From the NCBI RefSeq assembly GCF_009914755.1, contig NC_060927.1: a stretch of DNA of 64,000 nt; one strand, written 5' to 3'. Source of the stretch: the human T2T-CHM13v2.0 reference genome, Homo sapiens. The translations under genes and the position numbers were made by a program. The notes below the pieces were generated by a model, which did not search any database, was not told the DNA's origin, and worked only from the letters and a program-made list of their open reading frames with translations. Shown here in pieces: positions 26,652-39,895 of this stretch. The stretch's first letter is position 1; each line of letters begins with the position of its first letter.

Positions 26652-28990
26652 GCAGGGCCTCTCAAAGCCAAGTCCTTAAACCACATACCTTAGACTAATC
26701 TTGGATGCTGGCAGAAAATGCAGATTCCTTGGTTCTGTGGACTGAATTGTCTCCCTTCTTCAAATTCATACATTGAATTCCTAAGCTCCAATGTGTCTGT
26801 TTTTGAAGGTAGGGATTTTAGGAGATAAGTTTAAATGAGCTCATAAAGGTTCATTCTAATCCAATGCAATTGGTGGCCTTTATAAGAAGACAAAAAGCGT
26901 TCTCTTTCTCTGTCTCTTTCTCCACACCTGTGCACACTGAGAAAAGGCCATGTGAGGATGCAGCAAGAAAGTGGTTGCCTGCAAGCCTAGAAGACAGCCC
27001 TCACATTCAAAATCCAACCATGCTGCCATTCCGATCTTGCAATTCCAGCCTCCAGAACGGTGAGAAAATAAATAAATTTCTGTTGTGTAGGCCACTCGAG
27101 CTATGGTATTTTGTTATGACAGCCCAAACTAAGACAGATTTTGGCACCAAAAAGCAGGGTTGCTGCTGTAACAAATACCTAAAAATATGAAAGCAGCTTT
27201 GGATCTGGGTAATGGTAGGCTAGAAGAGTTTTGAGGTACACTCTGGAAATACGGATGTTAAAGGTGATTCTGGTGAAACATCAAGGAAAAAAAGGAAATA
27301 TGGAGAGAAGCTTCCATGTTCTTAGAGAATACACAAATAATCATGAACAAATGATAGAAATATGGACCTTACAGGCCATTCTAGTGAGATCTCAGATAGA
27401 AAAAAACTTATTGGAACCTGGAAGAAAGGCAATCCTTGTGATAAAGGTGGCAAAGAACTTGGCTGAGCTTTGTTCTAGTGGTTTTTTTGAAAGGTGGAAC
27501 TTGCCAGTGATGAAATTGAATATTTATCAGAGGAGATTTCTAAGCAAAGTATTGAAAGTGTGGCTTGGGCCCTCCTTACTGCTTATAGTAAAATGCAAAA
27601 TAAGAGAGGTGTATTGAAGAAGGAATTGTTAAGCAAAAGAAAATTAAACCTTAAAGATTTGGAAAATTCTATCCTATCCATAATGTAAAAATTGAGAAAG
27701 CCTGTTCAGAAGAAAACATCAAGGATGTGGCTGGACTACCGCTAAAGAAATTATGGGATTATATGAACAGAGACACTGCCAGTTTCAAGTGATGGGAATG
27801 GAGACATAATGAAATCAAGGAAGACCATAATACTTCTTACATTCTACAGGACAGGATGATAATGCTCCTCGCCTGGGAATGTATCAATTCTTCAACAAAA
27901 GGGAAGAAGAATCCAAAGGCAATTCAAAGGTAACCAGAGCCACTGACTTGTCTTTAATAACCCAGATGGCCTCCTACCAGAGTCATCGGGGCAGGGTCGC
28001 CTGGAGCCATGGGAGTTTGATCTCAACCTGGCAGAGCCTTAGGAGCAGGACATGCTATCCTGGTGGGTCTGGAAGCCTCACCCAGCACCCTAGTGAGTCC
28101 AGAAGGCAGAACATTAAGCCAAAGAACAAGATTACTATCAAGGCTTTAGATTTTTATGGAGTTTTCCTTGAGAGATTTAGGATTTGCTTGGATCTTGTCA
28201 CCACTTTCTTCCTTCCGGTTTATTCCTTTTAGAATAGGAATGTCTATCCTATGACTGTCCCACTATTGTCTTTTGGAAGCACATAACTTATCAGGTTTCA
28301 CAGATTTACAGCTGGAGCAGAATTTTGCATGAGGATGAATCATACTTCCAACCCCACCCATATCTGACTTAGGAGATATTTAGATGAGACTTTGGATTTT
28401 AGACTTTAGAATTGATGCTGAAGTGAGTTAAGACTTTGGGGTCTCTTGGGGTGGAATGAATGTATTTTGCATATCAGAATACAAATTATGGGGGTGAGGG
28501 CAGAATGTTATGAACTGAATTGTTCCCCCTCAGTTCACATGTTGAAGCTCTAACTTTCAATGTGACTGTATTTTGAGAAAGTTTTTAGGAGGTAGTTAAG
28601 GTTAAATTGTTGGAATCCTAATTTGATAGGATTAGTGTCCTTATAAGAAGAGAAGGAGAGAGAAAGTTATCTCTCTCTCCACACACATGCCTCTAGAGAA
28701 GGCCATGTGAAGATGAGGACAGCAAGAAGGTGGCCACCTGCAAGCCAGAAAGAGAGCCCTTACCAGGAAATGAACAGGCCAGCACCCTGATCTTGGGCTT
28801 CCTGGCCTCCACAATTGTGAGAAAATAAATTTCTGTTGTTTAAGCCACCCAGTGTGTGGTAATTTGTTACAGCAGCTGGAGCTGACTAAGACACTTTGTT
28901 CCAATCCAGTCTTACTAAAAATGAAATAGCAGAAATGAGATGACTCAGGAATCCATATTATAAAGACTCCCCTACCCTTGGCACATGTAC
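26652..28990 (+). mobile_element. MER5-like hAT element split by the MLT1 provirus (26652-26732 and 28894-~28990)
   Basis: gaaaatgcagattccttgg upstream continues as ccagtcttactaaaaatgaa...caggaatccatatt downstream. Confidence 0.6.
26733..28893 (+). mobile_element. Complete MLT1 (MLT1A/B-type) ERVL-MaLR provirus: 5'LTR 26733-27136, internal 27137-28505, 3'LTR 28506-28893
   Basis: Two homologous LTRs ending ctaagaca; internal region starts gattttggcacc; purine tract ggggtgagggcagaa precedes the 3'LTR; 5-bp TSD cttgg/ctttg. Confidence 0.92.
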
Positions 28991-30277
28991 GTAGCCACAT
29001 AGGATAGGATAGATCATGCTATAGCAGCAGGATGGCAGGGGTTGGGGGGTGAGGTTTGGTGGGATTATTTGATATCAACATTTAAGTGCCTGAGTGGCCA
29101 AGGCCCCAGGCAGGGTTAGGAACTTGATGCTGCTGGCAGACAATGGTCTTTGCTCAGCTAGCCAGTGAAAAGTTTTGATCATGTATGGATAATTCTGATG
29201 ACCTCTGCAAGAGACCAGCCACACGCTGAGCCAGTCTTGCCTACCAGGTGTACAGGCCACAGAATCTGGCAAATCCCGGGACTTCTGCTTTTACTTCTCT
29301 CAAGAAGGGTTGTATATAATATGAAGGGAATCTGGGGTAAAATCTGTCAAAGTTTGGGGATTTGCTACCACAGGTGTCCTGCAAAGAAGCTTTCTTGTCT
29401 TCTCTCCCCAGGTCCTTGGAATCTCTATACTATCTCCAACACAATCCTCTCAGACTATATTTAGTGTTACATATTTTGTTTTCTTTTTATTCCACATCTT
29501 CCTCTCCCACTAATGTCTGGGCTTGCTTGCATATACTCACACTCTTAATGCACTTCACAGTGAGCTTGTCCTGGTCCCAGACTTTCACCAAGGAATTGAT
29601 AAACTAGTCACTGCAAATATATTAATGGGCTTTCAGATGATGGCTTGTCAGCTAACTAACTTACTTTTTAATGGAGAGCCTTCATAAGGCAAAGCTCAGA
29701 ACACCAATAATTTATTCTACTGACATATATTTCAGGCTGTTTCTCTCTAATTTTATCATGTAGGCAGCTTCTCCTGTGCCAACATGAGCCAAATGTTTAG
29801 AAAAATGAGCCTATAGAAACACTTTTCTTATGATTTGTCTACTATTCATTCTTTAATTTGGCTTTTGCTTATGACTCTCTCAGTTCTAACTTTACACAGT
29901 TCCAACTCAGGTCATCAAGAACTTCCTCTTTTCTAAATTTAATCAACACTTCCCAGTCTTTTGACCCGGAGAGGCATTGTACACTGCTAATTATTACCCT
30001 GGTGTTGTTTAAAACAACACAACTAACAACACTAAAACTGACAGCAATTGTGTGTCCACTGCATCCAAAAAAGAAAAATTCCAGATTATAATTAACAGGT
30101 ATAAGTATATGCCCTTGATTCCTAGACCCTTATTCCTCTAGGTCTAAATCAAAAGAGGAACTACTGCTGGAGGAATGAAGTTAAGGGAGAAAGAGGGATC
30201 TTACTTCCCCCCTGTTGCCTTTGCAGATTTTTAGGCCTAAAGTAAGCTCCAACTAGGAGAGAACAGTTGCCTTACAG

Positions 30278-30521
30278 CAGGGTTTTTCAAGCTCTACATT
30301 ACTGAGATTTTGGAACAGATGATTCATTTTTATAGGTGGCTGTCCTGTACATTACAGGATGCTTAGCATCATCTCTGGTGTCTCACCATGCTTGTGGCAT
30401 CTCCTGTCCCTAGTTGTGACAATTAAAAATGTCTCCAGATATTCCCTGATGGCTTTGAGGGCAAAATCTCTCTCTCTTTTTTTTTTTTTTACCACTGCCC
30501 TTCCGAAATTGAGAACCACTG
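30278..30521 (-). mobile_element. MER20 hAT-Charlie element
   Basis: cagggtttttcaa...gctgtcctgtacattacaggatgcttagc...aaaaatgtctccaga...ttgagaaccactg. Confidence 0.88.
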
Positions 30522-33319
30522 TTTTAAGGGAAATGAAGTTGGGAGCTTTAATTATTATGCAGGAGAGGATATTTGAATTACTGTACAGAACTGTTCTTGT
30601 GACTAAAGAACATAGGAGAAGTCATGAGACTGGCCGAAATTTCATACAGTGCTAGGGAAGCAAAACTTTAAAAAACCCGTGAAAAAGAGTAAAGTTGTTA
30701 TGATTGTACACTCTTTTTGCCATTTTTTGTGTAAAATTATTATATGCATTTCTTTATCTTTAGGGTATTTGAATATACATTTCAGTTTGCCCCAGGCAGT
30801 TTTGTTCCAGGTTAACTGTTCATAGAGCCTCCTTTCACTCTCAAAGTGTCTGATTTTCAATAATAAATTATATGATTGCCCTATACTTTCTGTTTTCTCA
30901 ACTATACTATAAGCTTCATGAGGGAAATAACTTTTTATTTGTGCACTGACATATCCACATGGTACTCTGATGTAGTGATCAATCAATAAGTATTTGTCAA
31001 ACCTACCATAAAAACAAAATTCACTCACTTACATATCAGCAGGATTGGTCTGGCCCCTATGAAAACAATGCAACCAGGTTTATAGGGAATTTCCTTCTGT
31101 GAGTTTGGAGATCTTTTCTAGGAGGTACTGGGCTTCTTCCCCAGATTCAAGGAGTAGGCTGGTTATACACATAGCTGAGTGTGTTTCACTGTCATTGCTC
31201 TACAAGACTTATTATACTTAGGAAGGATAACTATTACTCATATTTTACACTTTATTGGTAGGCCTGTTCTTATGATTTTTTCCAAAGGGGAATAAACAAG
31301 CATAGAATTTAGTTAGTGAGGGATAGTTCTTATACAAGAATGCAGTGCCAAAGAAGAATGCCTTAAAGAACTGTTCTAGATTAGCATCTTTGTTTTCTCA
31401 TCCTTCTTTATTTTGTCCTTCACCACTCTTGAGTATGCGCTGGCACACACATATAAACCCATGCCCACTAAAAAAAAAAAACTTTTACATACTTTGCCTT
31501 ATCTCGTGATTTTCAAGTTCCCACTTTGGGTTACTTGCTGAAGAAACTGAGAGCTACTCTTCATTTAGGAGCAAATCAGGCGTGATATGTAATGTTACTG
31601 GTAGAATCCACAATTTGGCCTTTGATAAGAACAAGATGGCATAATTAGCAAGTCTTATGACTTGTCGCCTATCTGAAGAAAAGCATAAAATTGTAGGATT
31701 ATAGCAAATATCCATCTGCATTAATATTTTGGAAAATGCCTTAACACCTCTAGAATTGCTAATATGTTCCCTTCTAAAATAATGGTAAACTTCTAGAAAT
31801 AATTATTATTCAAGCAGATTGAGAATTAAATAATGTTATTTTCTCGCCCTTGCTGGGAGCTTTCACATGAATTAAATTTCTCATGCCATTGAGAATCAGG
31901 CATTATCAACCCCATTATATATATTTGAGTTAACTGTGATTCTGAGAGCTTATTATTTAAATGCAGGTTTTCCTGACTCTGAACCATTGTATCTTTCAGT
32001 ATTTCATTAGAAATGCTTCGGCCAAAATTGGAAGGCACAAAGAACAAATATTCTAACAAATTTATTTGATTTAATCAGGGGAAACCCTTGTGAACTTGAA
32101 CAAATTATTAAACAATACTTTTTTCATCTGCAGGGTGAAGATAATGAGTAACCACCTCCTAGGACTGTTATAGGACTATACTCAGATAATGTGTACATAG
32201 AACTTGACAAACTCTCAGCACATATTAGGGTTATGAAACTTTTCATCAAGCGCAGAGAAAGAATGCATTCTGATACATTTATCAATGATTTTTAACATGT
32301 TTAGGAAATAATTTTGGAACATTAATAATTCTTTACATGTTCTTTTGTTTTATGCAGTCAGCAGGTATTTAATGAGAGTATGTTACTTTGGCAACATTGT
32401 GCTAGACACCATAGAGAACATAGAGAAACATGCTGTCCTCTGTTGAGTCACTTACTTTCTGATTAAGAAGGCAGAACATACACATTAAGTTAGAGAACAC
32501 CAAGTTGTGAGATTATACCTATATGTGCAACAGAAGTTTGGTAAAAGGAGAAATTTCTGTGGGCCCTAAACTTAAGAGATGGGATGAACTTTGTTAGTTG
32601 GCTCCTTAAGAGCTGTGGAATATGGAGAGGGAGGGAGCAGGGGAGGGAGGACATGTGGAGGGGATGGTGATCATGAGTAAAGTTATGGAGATGTGAGGAG
32701 GAACCAAGTTCTTTTGGGAAAGGAGAAGAGTGAAGCAACTGGACAGAGCCAAAAAAGAAAGCTGTTTGACTGGCAACTCTGTTAAATGCTTCATAATTTT
32801 CCTTACAAAAATCTTGAAAAGTAAATTTGTAAACTAGGCCTGTTTCACTAGGAATTGATCACGTTTTCTTCATTCCTTTCAGCAGCAATAGAGTTGTGAA
32901 GGAAGAAAGGACATGATAGGGAGCCTAAGAAATGAACAGTCTCCTAGTGTGGGTTTTCTCCACATAAGATAGTATATACAAACATGCAAAGGCTAATCTG
33001 TGAAATGTTTTACATTTACATGTGAAATAACCTAAGTTGATTAAAAATGTTACTTGTACTACATAAATGCATCTTCAAGTAGCTTCTGTCCTACTCTTTG
33101 AATTTTGCTTTCACTAAAGAGGTAGGGAATCTTCACTGGACCGATTAGGCTCCTTTATTTCCCTACCTCTGATATTTACCTGCTACTGATGGCCTTCTAA
33201 TATGTATTGCAGTGGAAAGATAATATTTCTTTAGATAAACTTTTGAGAAATTTTAATAACTTTGAAGCCTATTTACTAGCATTTATCATATCTATGTTTT
33301 CAAGTGTCCTTTCATGCCA

Positions 33320-33810
33320 TTTTTAACAGCTTTATTGCGATATAATTCAAATATCATACAGTTTATTCATTTGAAGTGTGCAATTCAATCACTTTTGGTA
33401 TTTTCATAGTTGTATAAACATCACCACAATCAATTTTAGAATATTTTCATCATCCCAAGAAGAAACCTTGTATGTTCTTTAGCCTTCACTCTCCGCTTCC
33501 TCCATCCCCCCAGCTCTAGGCAACCACAAAACTTCTTTCTATTTTTATAGATTTGCCTATTCTGGGTGTGTTGTATAAATGGAATCTTATGAATGTGACT
33601 GACGTCTTTCACTTAGCAAAATGTTTCCAGGTTCATCCATATTGTAGCATGGGTTTCAATACTTCATTCCTTTAATATTCCATTGTATGGAAACACCACA
33701 TTTTACTTGTCAGTATATCAGTTGATAGACATTTGGGTTGTTTTCACTTTTTGGTTACTATGAACAATGATGCTATAAACATTTATGTGCAAGTTTTAAT
33801 GTGAATATAT
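33320..33810 (-). mobile_element. L1MB-type 3' end, antisense
   Basis: aacagctttattgcgatataattcaaatatcataca...atcaccacaatcaattttagaatattttcatc. Confidence 0.85.
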
Positions 33811-33999
33811 ACCTAGGTATCTATGCATCATACCGTATTGCTGTGTTTTACCCTTTCGTGCCATTTTGATCTTAGAGCTGGCTTCATGATATACCTATAT
33901 CCCTGCATCCCAGACACAAGCATCTGTCTTCAAATGGTCTTGTTTCATTTGTCTCAATTTTAGGCCATCTGCTTTTCTTATGTTCATATTCTCTGTCAT

Positions 34000-35040
34000 G
34001 TTTTTATATAAATCCAGGGTTTATAATGCCAACCAAATGCATATCTTTAACTCAGACTATTTCTATGGACTTTAAATCTCTGTATCTAAATGCTCTTTAC
34101 CAGATAGGTCTTTTTTAATATCCTACAGGGACTTCTAAATCAATTTTTTATTTGCCTCCATTCTAATGTGCTCCTCCTCCTATATATTATACTATGCGAA
34201 TGACACATCCTAATAAGAAATCCAATAGCCATATGAGGCTCATTCCTTTCCTTATCCAATTCATCACCAAACCCTATTGATTCAGTTTCCTAAACATATC
34301 ATGAATCTGTTACTTCTTCTCCACTCTCACTGACATTGCCTTAGTTTAAGCTCTCGTCTTCTCTGTGCACTGGCCTCTTGTCACTCTGTAGATCATTCCC
34401 TTCCTCTTCCATCTATTCTTCCTGAGCCTGCCAGAAGGATTGCTCTGAAACACAGATCTATGCATATCACTCCCCTGTCTAAAATATCTCAATGATTCCG
34501 AGTAATCTGCAGAATAAAATGCAAACTTCTGGGCTTGGTTCACCAAACCTTTCACAATCTGACCCTAATGATCTCTCAAGCTTCTTTTTGTTTTCATCCT
34601 GTGTACAGACATATCAAAATCTCTAAAAGTTCTCAGATGAGCTGTAGGTATTTTCACCTTCATGTCTTAACATTAGTTACCTCTCCCCATACTGTCCTGC
34701 CCTCAGGCCACTTTGTGGTTTGGTTAAATTCTACTACAATTATTTTTGTAGCAAATCAACATTTTATTAAAACTGCAGTTATCTTTTAGTTATTCAAGAT
34801 AACTTGATTCTTTCAAAAGAACTTTCAGTAATCTCAGTTTGATACATTGGACTCTTTAAGCATCTTCTACTTTATTTCACTATAAATAGTATTGGGCTAT
34901 ATTTTAAGTGTCCCTTTACTGGCTCAACTTTCTCAACTGATTGTTAGTTCTTTGAGTTATGGAACTATTTCTGTTTTACCTTTGCCATCTGTGCACTCTG
35001 TACATTGGTAAGCACTAAATAATATGTTGAATGAATGCAT
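34000..35040 (+). mobile_element. L2 LINE 3' region, fragmented
   Basis: ccagaaggattgctctgaaacacagatct...tcactcccctgtctaaaa...; terminal tgttgaatgaatg. Confidence 0.65.
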
Positions 35041-37609
35041 GAGTTCTATATGCTGTAAATATTCCAAGAACTCTCGGATCTTATGTTTCAGGTTCTCTGT
35101 GTTTCATCTGACCCTACTTCTTCCATATCTAGAGCCAGAGACAGTATTAAATACTTGATATGCAATAACTGGTGGCACTCTTATTCTAATGCCCTTTTCT
35201 TACACCTATTTTCATGCCAACTGCTAGCTTGCTTTTCTTTTTGGTTCTCACAGTTATTCTTGCTGTTTTGCCTTAGTTTTGGCAAGGATAAATGCTTAGA
35301 CTGATCTCCAGAGGCCACAGGACTTGATCTCACTCTATGGCTAGTGAGAGATCTGTGTGTGCCTAGTCTTCATGCTGGGACCTTATTATTCTGTGCAGCT
35401 CTGCAGGTGACTGTTTGCGAAAGGATATAATGGGAAATGAAACATTTGCCTCTGTAATAGTTATTGCTTAACCACTAAAGAAAAGTCCAAATACATTTCC
35501 AAGCTTTCTGTAAGTTTCTTCTGACTCTCCCTTTAAACAATTGAATTTATTAGACTTTTAAAAAGGAAGGAGATTGGGGGCGAAATGGGAATTCAACCCC
35601 TGCATATCATTTTTTCCTCACACACGTAGTTCTAGAATCACTTCTTTAAACATCTACTTCTGTTGTAAGGAAAATAGCCTTTATTTTGGAACCCCATGGG
35701 GCTTCTGATTTCTCTCATTCAAATGAATGTATTTGCAGTTTGGAGGAATAATTAATAGGGCTCTCCTGTTGAATGTTGAATGAGAGAGTGAATGCCTTTT
35801 AGCCAAAAGAGGTTCTTGTTTGTACACATAAAATGTGATATTCTGCATAAAAATTATAGTTAACATCTAATACCAAAAATGTATTACAAGTCTCTTAATC
35901 AGTTAATACAACTTTTCAATGCACTTTTTTTTTACATTTGAGTTTTGATTGGTAACATGAAAGGTCTTTGATTTGGATATTGATTAACATAAAGGAGTAT
36001 AGAAAAATAAGAAAATGTTTAGCTTTTTTAATATTTCATACAGCGTTTCATATGAATAGAAAACCATTACATTGGTGATTATATAATTTAGTGTTTATCA
36101 TCAAAAACATATTTCCCATGTTTTTAATCTCTAAGGAGTTTCTTCTTTAAAGACATTTGTAAAGATTTCAGACACTAAATGGAAATCTATTTCATAAAGC
36201 AAAGAGAAACAACTGTGGTATTGTAAGGATCAGAAGTAGTTAGCACACTGAAGTTACTGTTTTTTTGTTTCAAAATACAGTATTTTGAAGAAATATGAAT
36301 AGATTTTCAAGCCTACAGGTCACCTCAGACATTGCCAATAAGGTCAAGACTGGAGGAAATTAAAGCAAAAGATATAAAGTAGTAAATTTTACAATGAGAC
36401 ATTGTTTATTCCAGGATATAAATAAGATTCATATATGGGTATGAAAGACATCTTCATAAAATGTAATATACTGAATGACTATTTTGTAATTTGTTTCAGA
36501 GGTTTCTGTTTTGAACTTCTGAAGTCATTTTCAATTCTGATAATTTCTATAGACTGAGAACTGTTTCCTTCAATATTTATAAAATGTTTCTTGAGATTAC
36601 CCCCTCGATACTCTTAATCTTGGAAAAAAATTTTTGAAATCTGTAAGAAAAATCAAGCATTCCTCTAAGTTGGTTTGTATACCACTCCATCCTCCGCTTG
36701 AAAAAGAGAGAACCAATAAAAGGTATGATTTGAAAGCGCAGATTTATTTCATAAATTTCTGAACCACCCTTTATGGATACCCACAGTATATAAACAACCA
36801 TAATCAGTATACCAAACAACAGCAACAAGCACACTGAGAAACAAAGGCATTTGGGGAAGAGCAAGGAGCAAGTGGGCAGCTTCTTGAGTTGCTTTTTGTT
36901 GATGATTTCCTACTGGAAGTCTGTAAATACAACTGGGTATAGAAACAGTCAACACAAATTTGCACTTTTATGGAGTATTGTGTGATACAAAATATACTGG
37001 GAAAAATATTTTATGAAGAAGCAGTCTTTTGATGAAATGTATCCCATAAATTTTATGCTTGACTATATAAAAAGAGATAAGCTGAAAAGCCAAGTCATTT
37101 TCTAAGTTAAGAGCAAAGACTTGCTGAAATGACATGTTTTTTCTTTTCACTGGAGCTTAAGCTCTGAGGCGAGGCTTTTGGAGGGTTGAGCTATAGCTTT
37201 TCAAGTATATTGACAATAGCAAGCAACAGACAGTCTTGTTTAGCTTCTGAGTAGGTTTTTTTTTCCCCCTCCTTTCAGGTATTATTGTTAAATACTGTTT
37301 TTAACCTGTTGTAATGTAATGAAAATGGCTGTCAGCAATTCAGTTCTTACCACCAATCATGTAAGCTTGATGTAGGAATATTCACTAAGATTACACACCA
37401 CCACCAGCAGCAGTAACAGCAGCAGCAGCAGGGACCCTGACTCTTATTGCTGATAATAATGAATAAGTTGAATATCAGGCTATGAAAGTAGTACATGGTG
37501 AGACTTGAAGAATGTTGACAGTTACTGAAACCTTTTTTGCCCACACTGCTCTTGCCCTGCCAACTCTTGGGCAATATTTCACAGCAATCTGAAGCCTAAT
37601 ATTCCCCAC

Positions 37610-37611
37610 AT

Positions 37612-37650
<39 letters not shown>
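37610..37650 (+). repeat. (TTTA)n tetranucleotide repeat at the 3' end of an antisense L2/MIR
   Basis: Direct inspection; followed by cacctattatgtgccaggcactgttctaagtgc. Confidence 0.93.
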
Positions 37651-37904
37651 CTCATTTACTTAACAAACACGTATATGGCACCTATTATGTGCCAGGCACT
37701 GTTCTAAGTGCTTAAGAGAACCTGATAGGGTATATATTCTTATTTTCTTTAATTTGCAGATGAGAATACATGGGTAAAGTAGCATATCATTACTTTCCCA
37801 ATGCCACACACTATAAGTATTTGAACTCAGTCTACCTCTAGAATCTGTACCTTCAATGACTGAGCTATAGACTTCTGCTTCTCCAGTTGAAGAATTTTGT
37901 TAAA

Positions 37905-38935
37905 GTGTGTCCCTGACTGACAGACAAAATAAACCCCCTAAAAGTTAAAACAGAACCAGGTGGCCACAGCTTGCTGAGGGAGTGGTGACATACTCTGGAT
38001 TCTTAGAACCGTGTTGTAAAAGTACCACAGGACTTCCTGTATTAGCTTGCCACATGGAACATATAATCCTGGCATTCATTTTTTAAGAAGGAAGGGGAAG
38101 AGAAGGAGCAAAAGAGAGGAAGAGAGAAAAGGAAGAAAAGAAGAATAACAGAATGAAACAAAGTGCACAAAATAAAAAATTTATTAAGGTGATTGGACCT
38201 GGTGAATATTCTAAAACATTCAAGCTTGTTCAGAAGCCAGATACAATCAAGCCAAACCAATTCCTGTTGATACCAAGATAAACTGTGGCTGGAACACCCC
38301 CCTCCTTCCTCCCTCAACACACATACACTGGGGCATTTGAAAGAAACATCTCACAGAGACTTCTGGTTTGGGGCTCACAAACCAACCAATCACAGGTCAC
38401 TGCCAATCAGAGCTCAGCTATATTGACCAATCAGAACTAAGTGAGTTTCAACGGATTGGGAATCTGGGCAGGAACATTTGCTGTAAAACTGGAACCCTCT
38501 CTATGTTCTCTAGAATGTACCTTCCTCTTTCCCTGATGGCTGCTGCCTCTTTTGGGTTTGCAGACTTCACTGGAATAAAGCCTCTTTCCTCCAAATTCCA
38601 TTGTTGTTGTTATTGTTTTGGAGACTGGGTTTCTCTCCCACACCCAGGCTAAAGTGCTGTGGTGCTGTCTCGGCTCACTGTAAGTTCCATCTTCTGGACT
38701 CGAGGGATTATCCTGCCTCTTAGCCGCCCAAGTATCGGGGGCTACAGGCACATGCCAGCACCTCTGGTTAATTTTTGTATTTTTAGTAGAGATGGAGTTT
38801 TGCCATGTTGTCCAGGCTGGTCTCAGACTCCTGGGCTCAAGGCATCTGCCTGCCTCAGCTTCCCAAAGTGTTGGGATTACAGGCGTGAGCCACCACGCCA
38901 GACCCAAATTTCTTTTCAAATAACTTTTGTTCATG
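37905..38935 (+). mobile_element. ERV solo LTR (tentatively LTR47-like), interrupted by an AluJ
   Basis: Repeated ccaatca boxes, aataaag poly(A) signal at ~38574, end cttttgttca after the Alu; family name is from memory and uncertain. Confidence 0.55.
38621..38904 (-). mobile_element. AluJ-type SINE
   Basis: Antisense Alu with ctcctgggctcaagg (J-type); tail decayed to (TTG)n; TSD ccaaatt. Confidence 0.92.
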
Positions 38936-39564
38936 TTCTGTACAGACAGGCAATATTTGAAAATACTGTTGTAAAAAAGGAGCAATATATTGATAGCCAT
39001 GAATATATTGACTCTAAACAATATAAAGGTATTGTAAATTGCTAACAGGTCTTGTGAATTGCTCAAAGGTGAACTAAGGCTTTAGTGGAGGGGCAGAAAC
39101 GTTTAAAACCTAGGCTGTGAGGGGATCTAGAAAGCTTCAGAAAGGCTCTAGGTATATTTGGAAAAGGGAATTATGGAAGGTAAGATGGGTGTCCACATGG
39201 ACTTCTGAACAGAGTTGACTGTTTTAGAATACTCACCATGTCTAATCACCTTATTACATTTTTAAAAATTGTATATACTCTGTTTCATTCTGTTATTCTC
39301 TTCTTCCTCTTCTTCCTTCCTCTCATTCTTCTACTCTCCTCTTCCCCCACTTTCTTCAAAAATTAATGCCAGGATTATATGTTCTATGTGGCAGTCTAAT
39401 ATTTTACTTTTTGTTTATTGAATGCAAAGGACAAAAGCTCTCGTATTAAGTATACTCATTGTGATTTAGAGTGACAGTCCTTGGGTACATTCAAATCCAC
39501 ATTGGTGTGTGGGTTTGTGTTAGCACACATAGTGTTATATTTTTGTTTTTAGTTAAGTTAAAAT

Positions 39565-39895
39565 GCTTATCAGCCAGGATAAGTGTTTTACAATAACACA
39601 TACCCACACACATCTCAGCAGTTTAAAATAACATTTTATTTCTTACTCATGTTATACATTTATTATGTGAGGACAATTGCACTGAATTGTCTTCACTTTA
39701 GATCTGGCTTGATAAAGCAGCGACTGGCCTGGAATATCAGTTACCATAGCTGAGAGGAAGAAACTTTAGAAGGTTGTACATTCACAATTAAGATCTAATT
39801 TACAAATCATTGACCAGAATTAGTCACATGACCCTGTCTCATCACTAAGGGCCAGGCTGTGCCATCCCAGCCTGTGCCCAGAAGGCAGAGAAGCC
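39565..39895 (-). mobile_element. Old MLT1 (J/K/L-like) MaLR LTR
   Basis: atctcagcagtttaaaataacattttatttcttactcatg...cattgaccagaattagtcacatgaccc. Confidence 0.6.

Noticed and set aside
27231-28232. ORFs of 128, 64 and 117 aa
   Set aside because: Decayed MLT1 internal sequence, fragmented across frames, with no intact gag or pol
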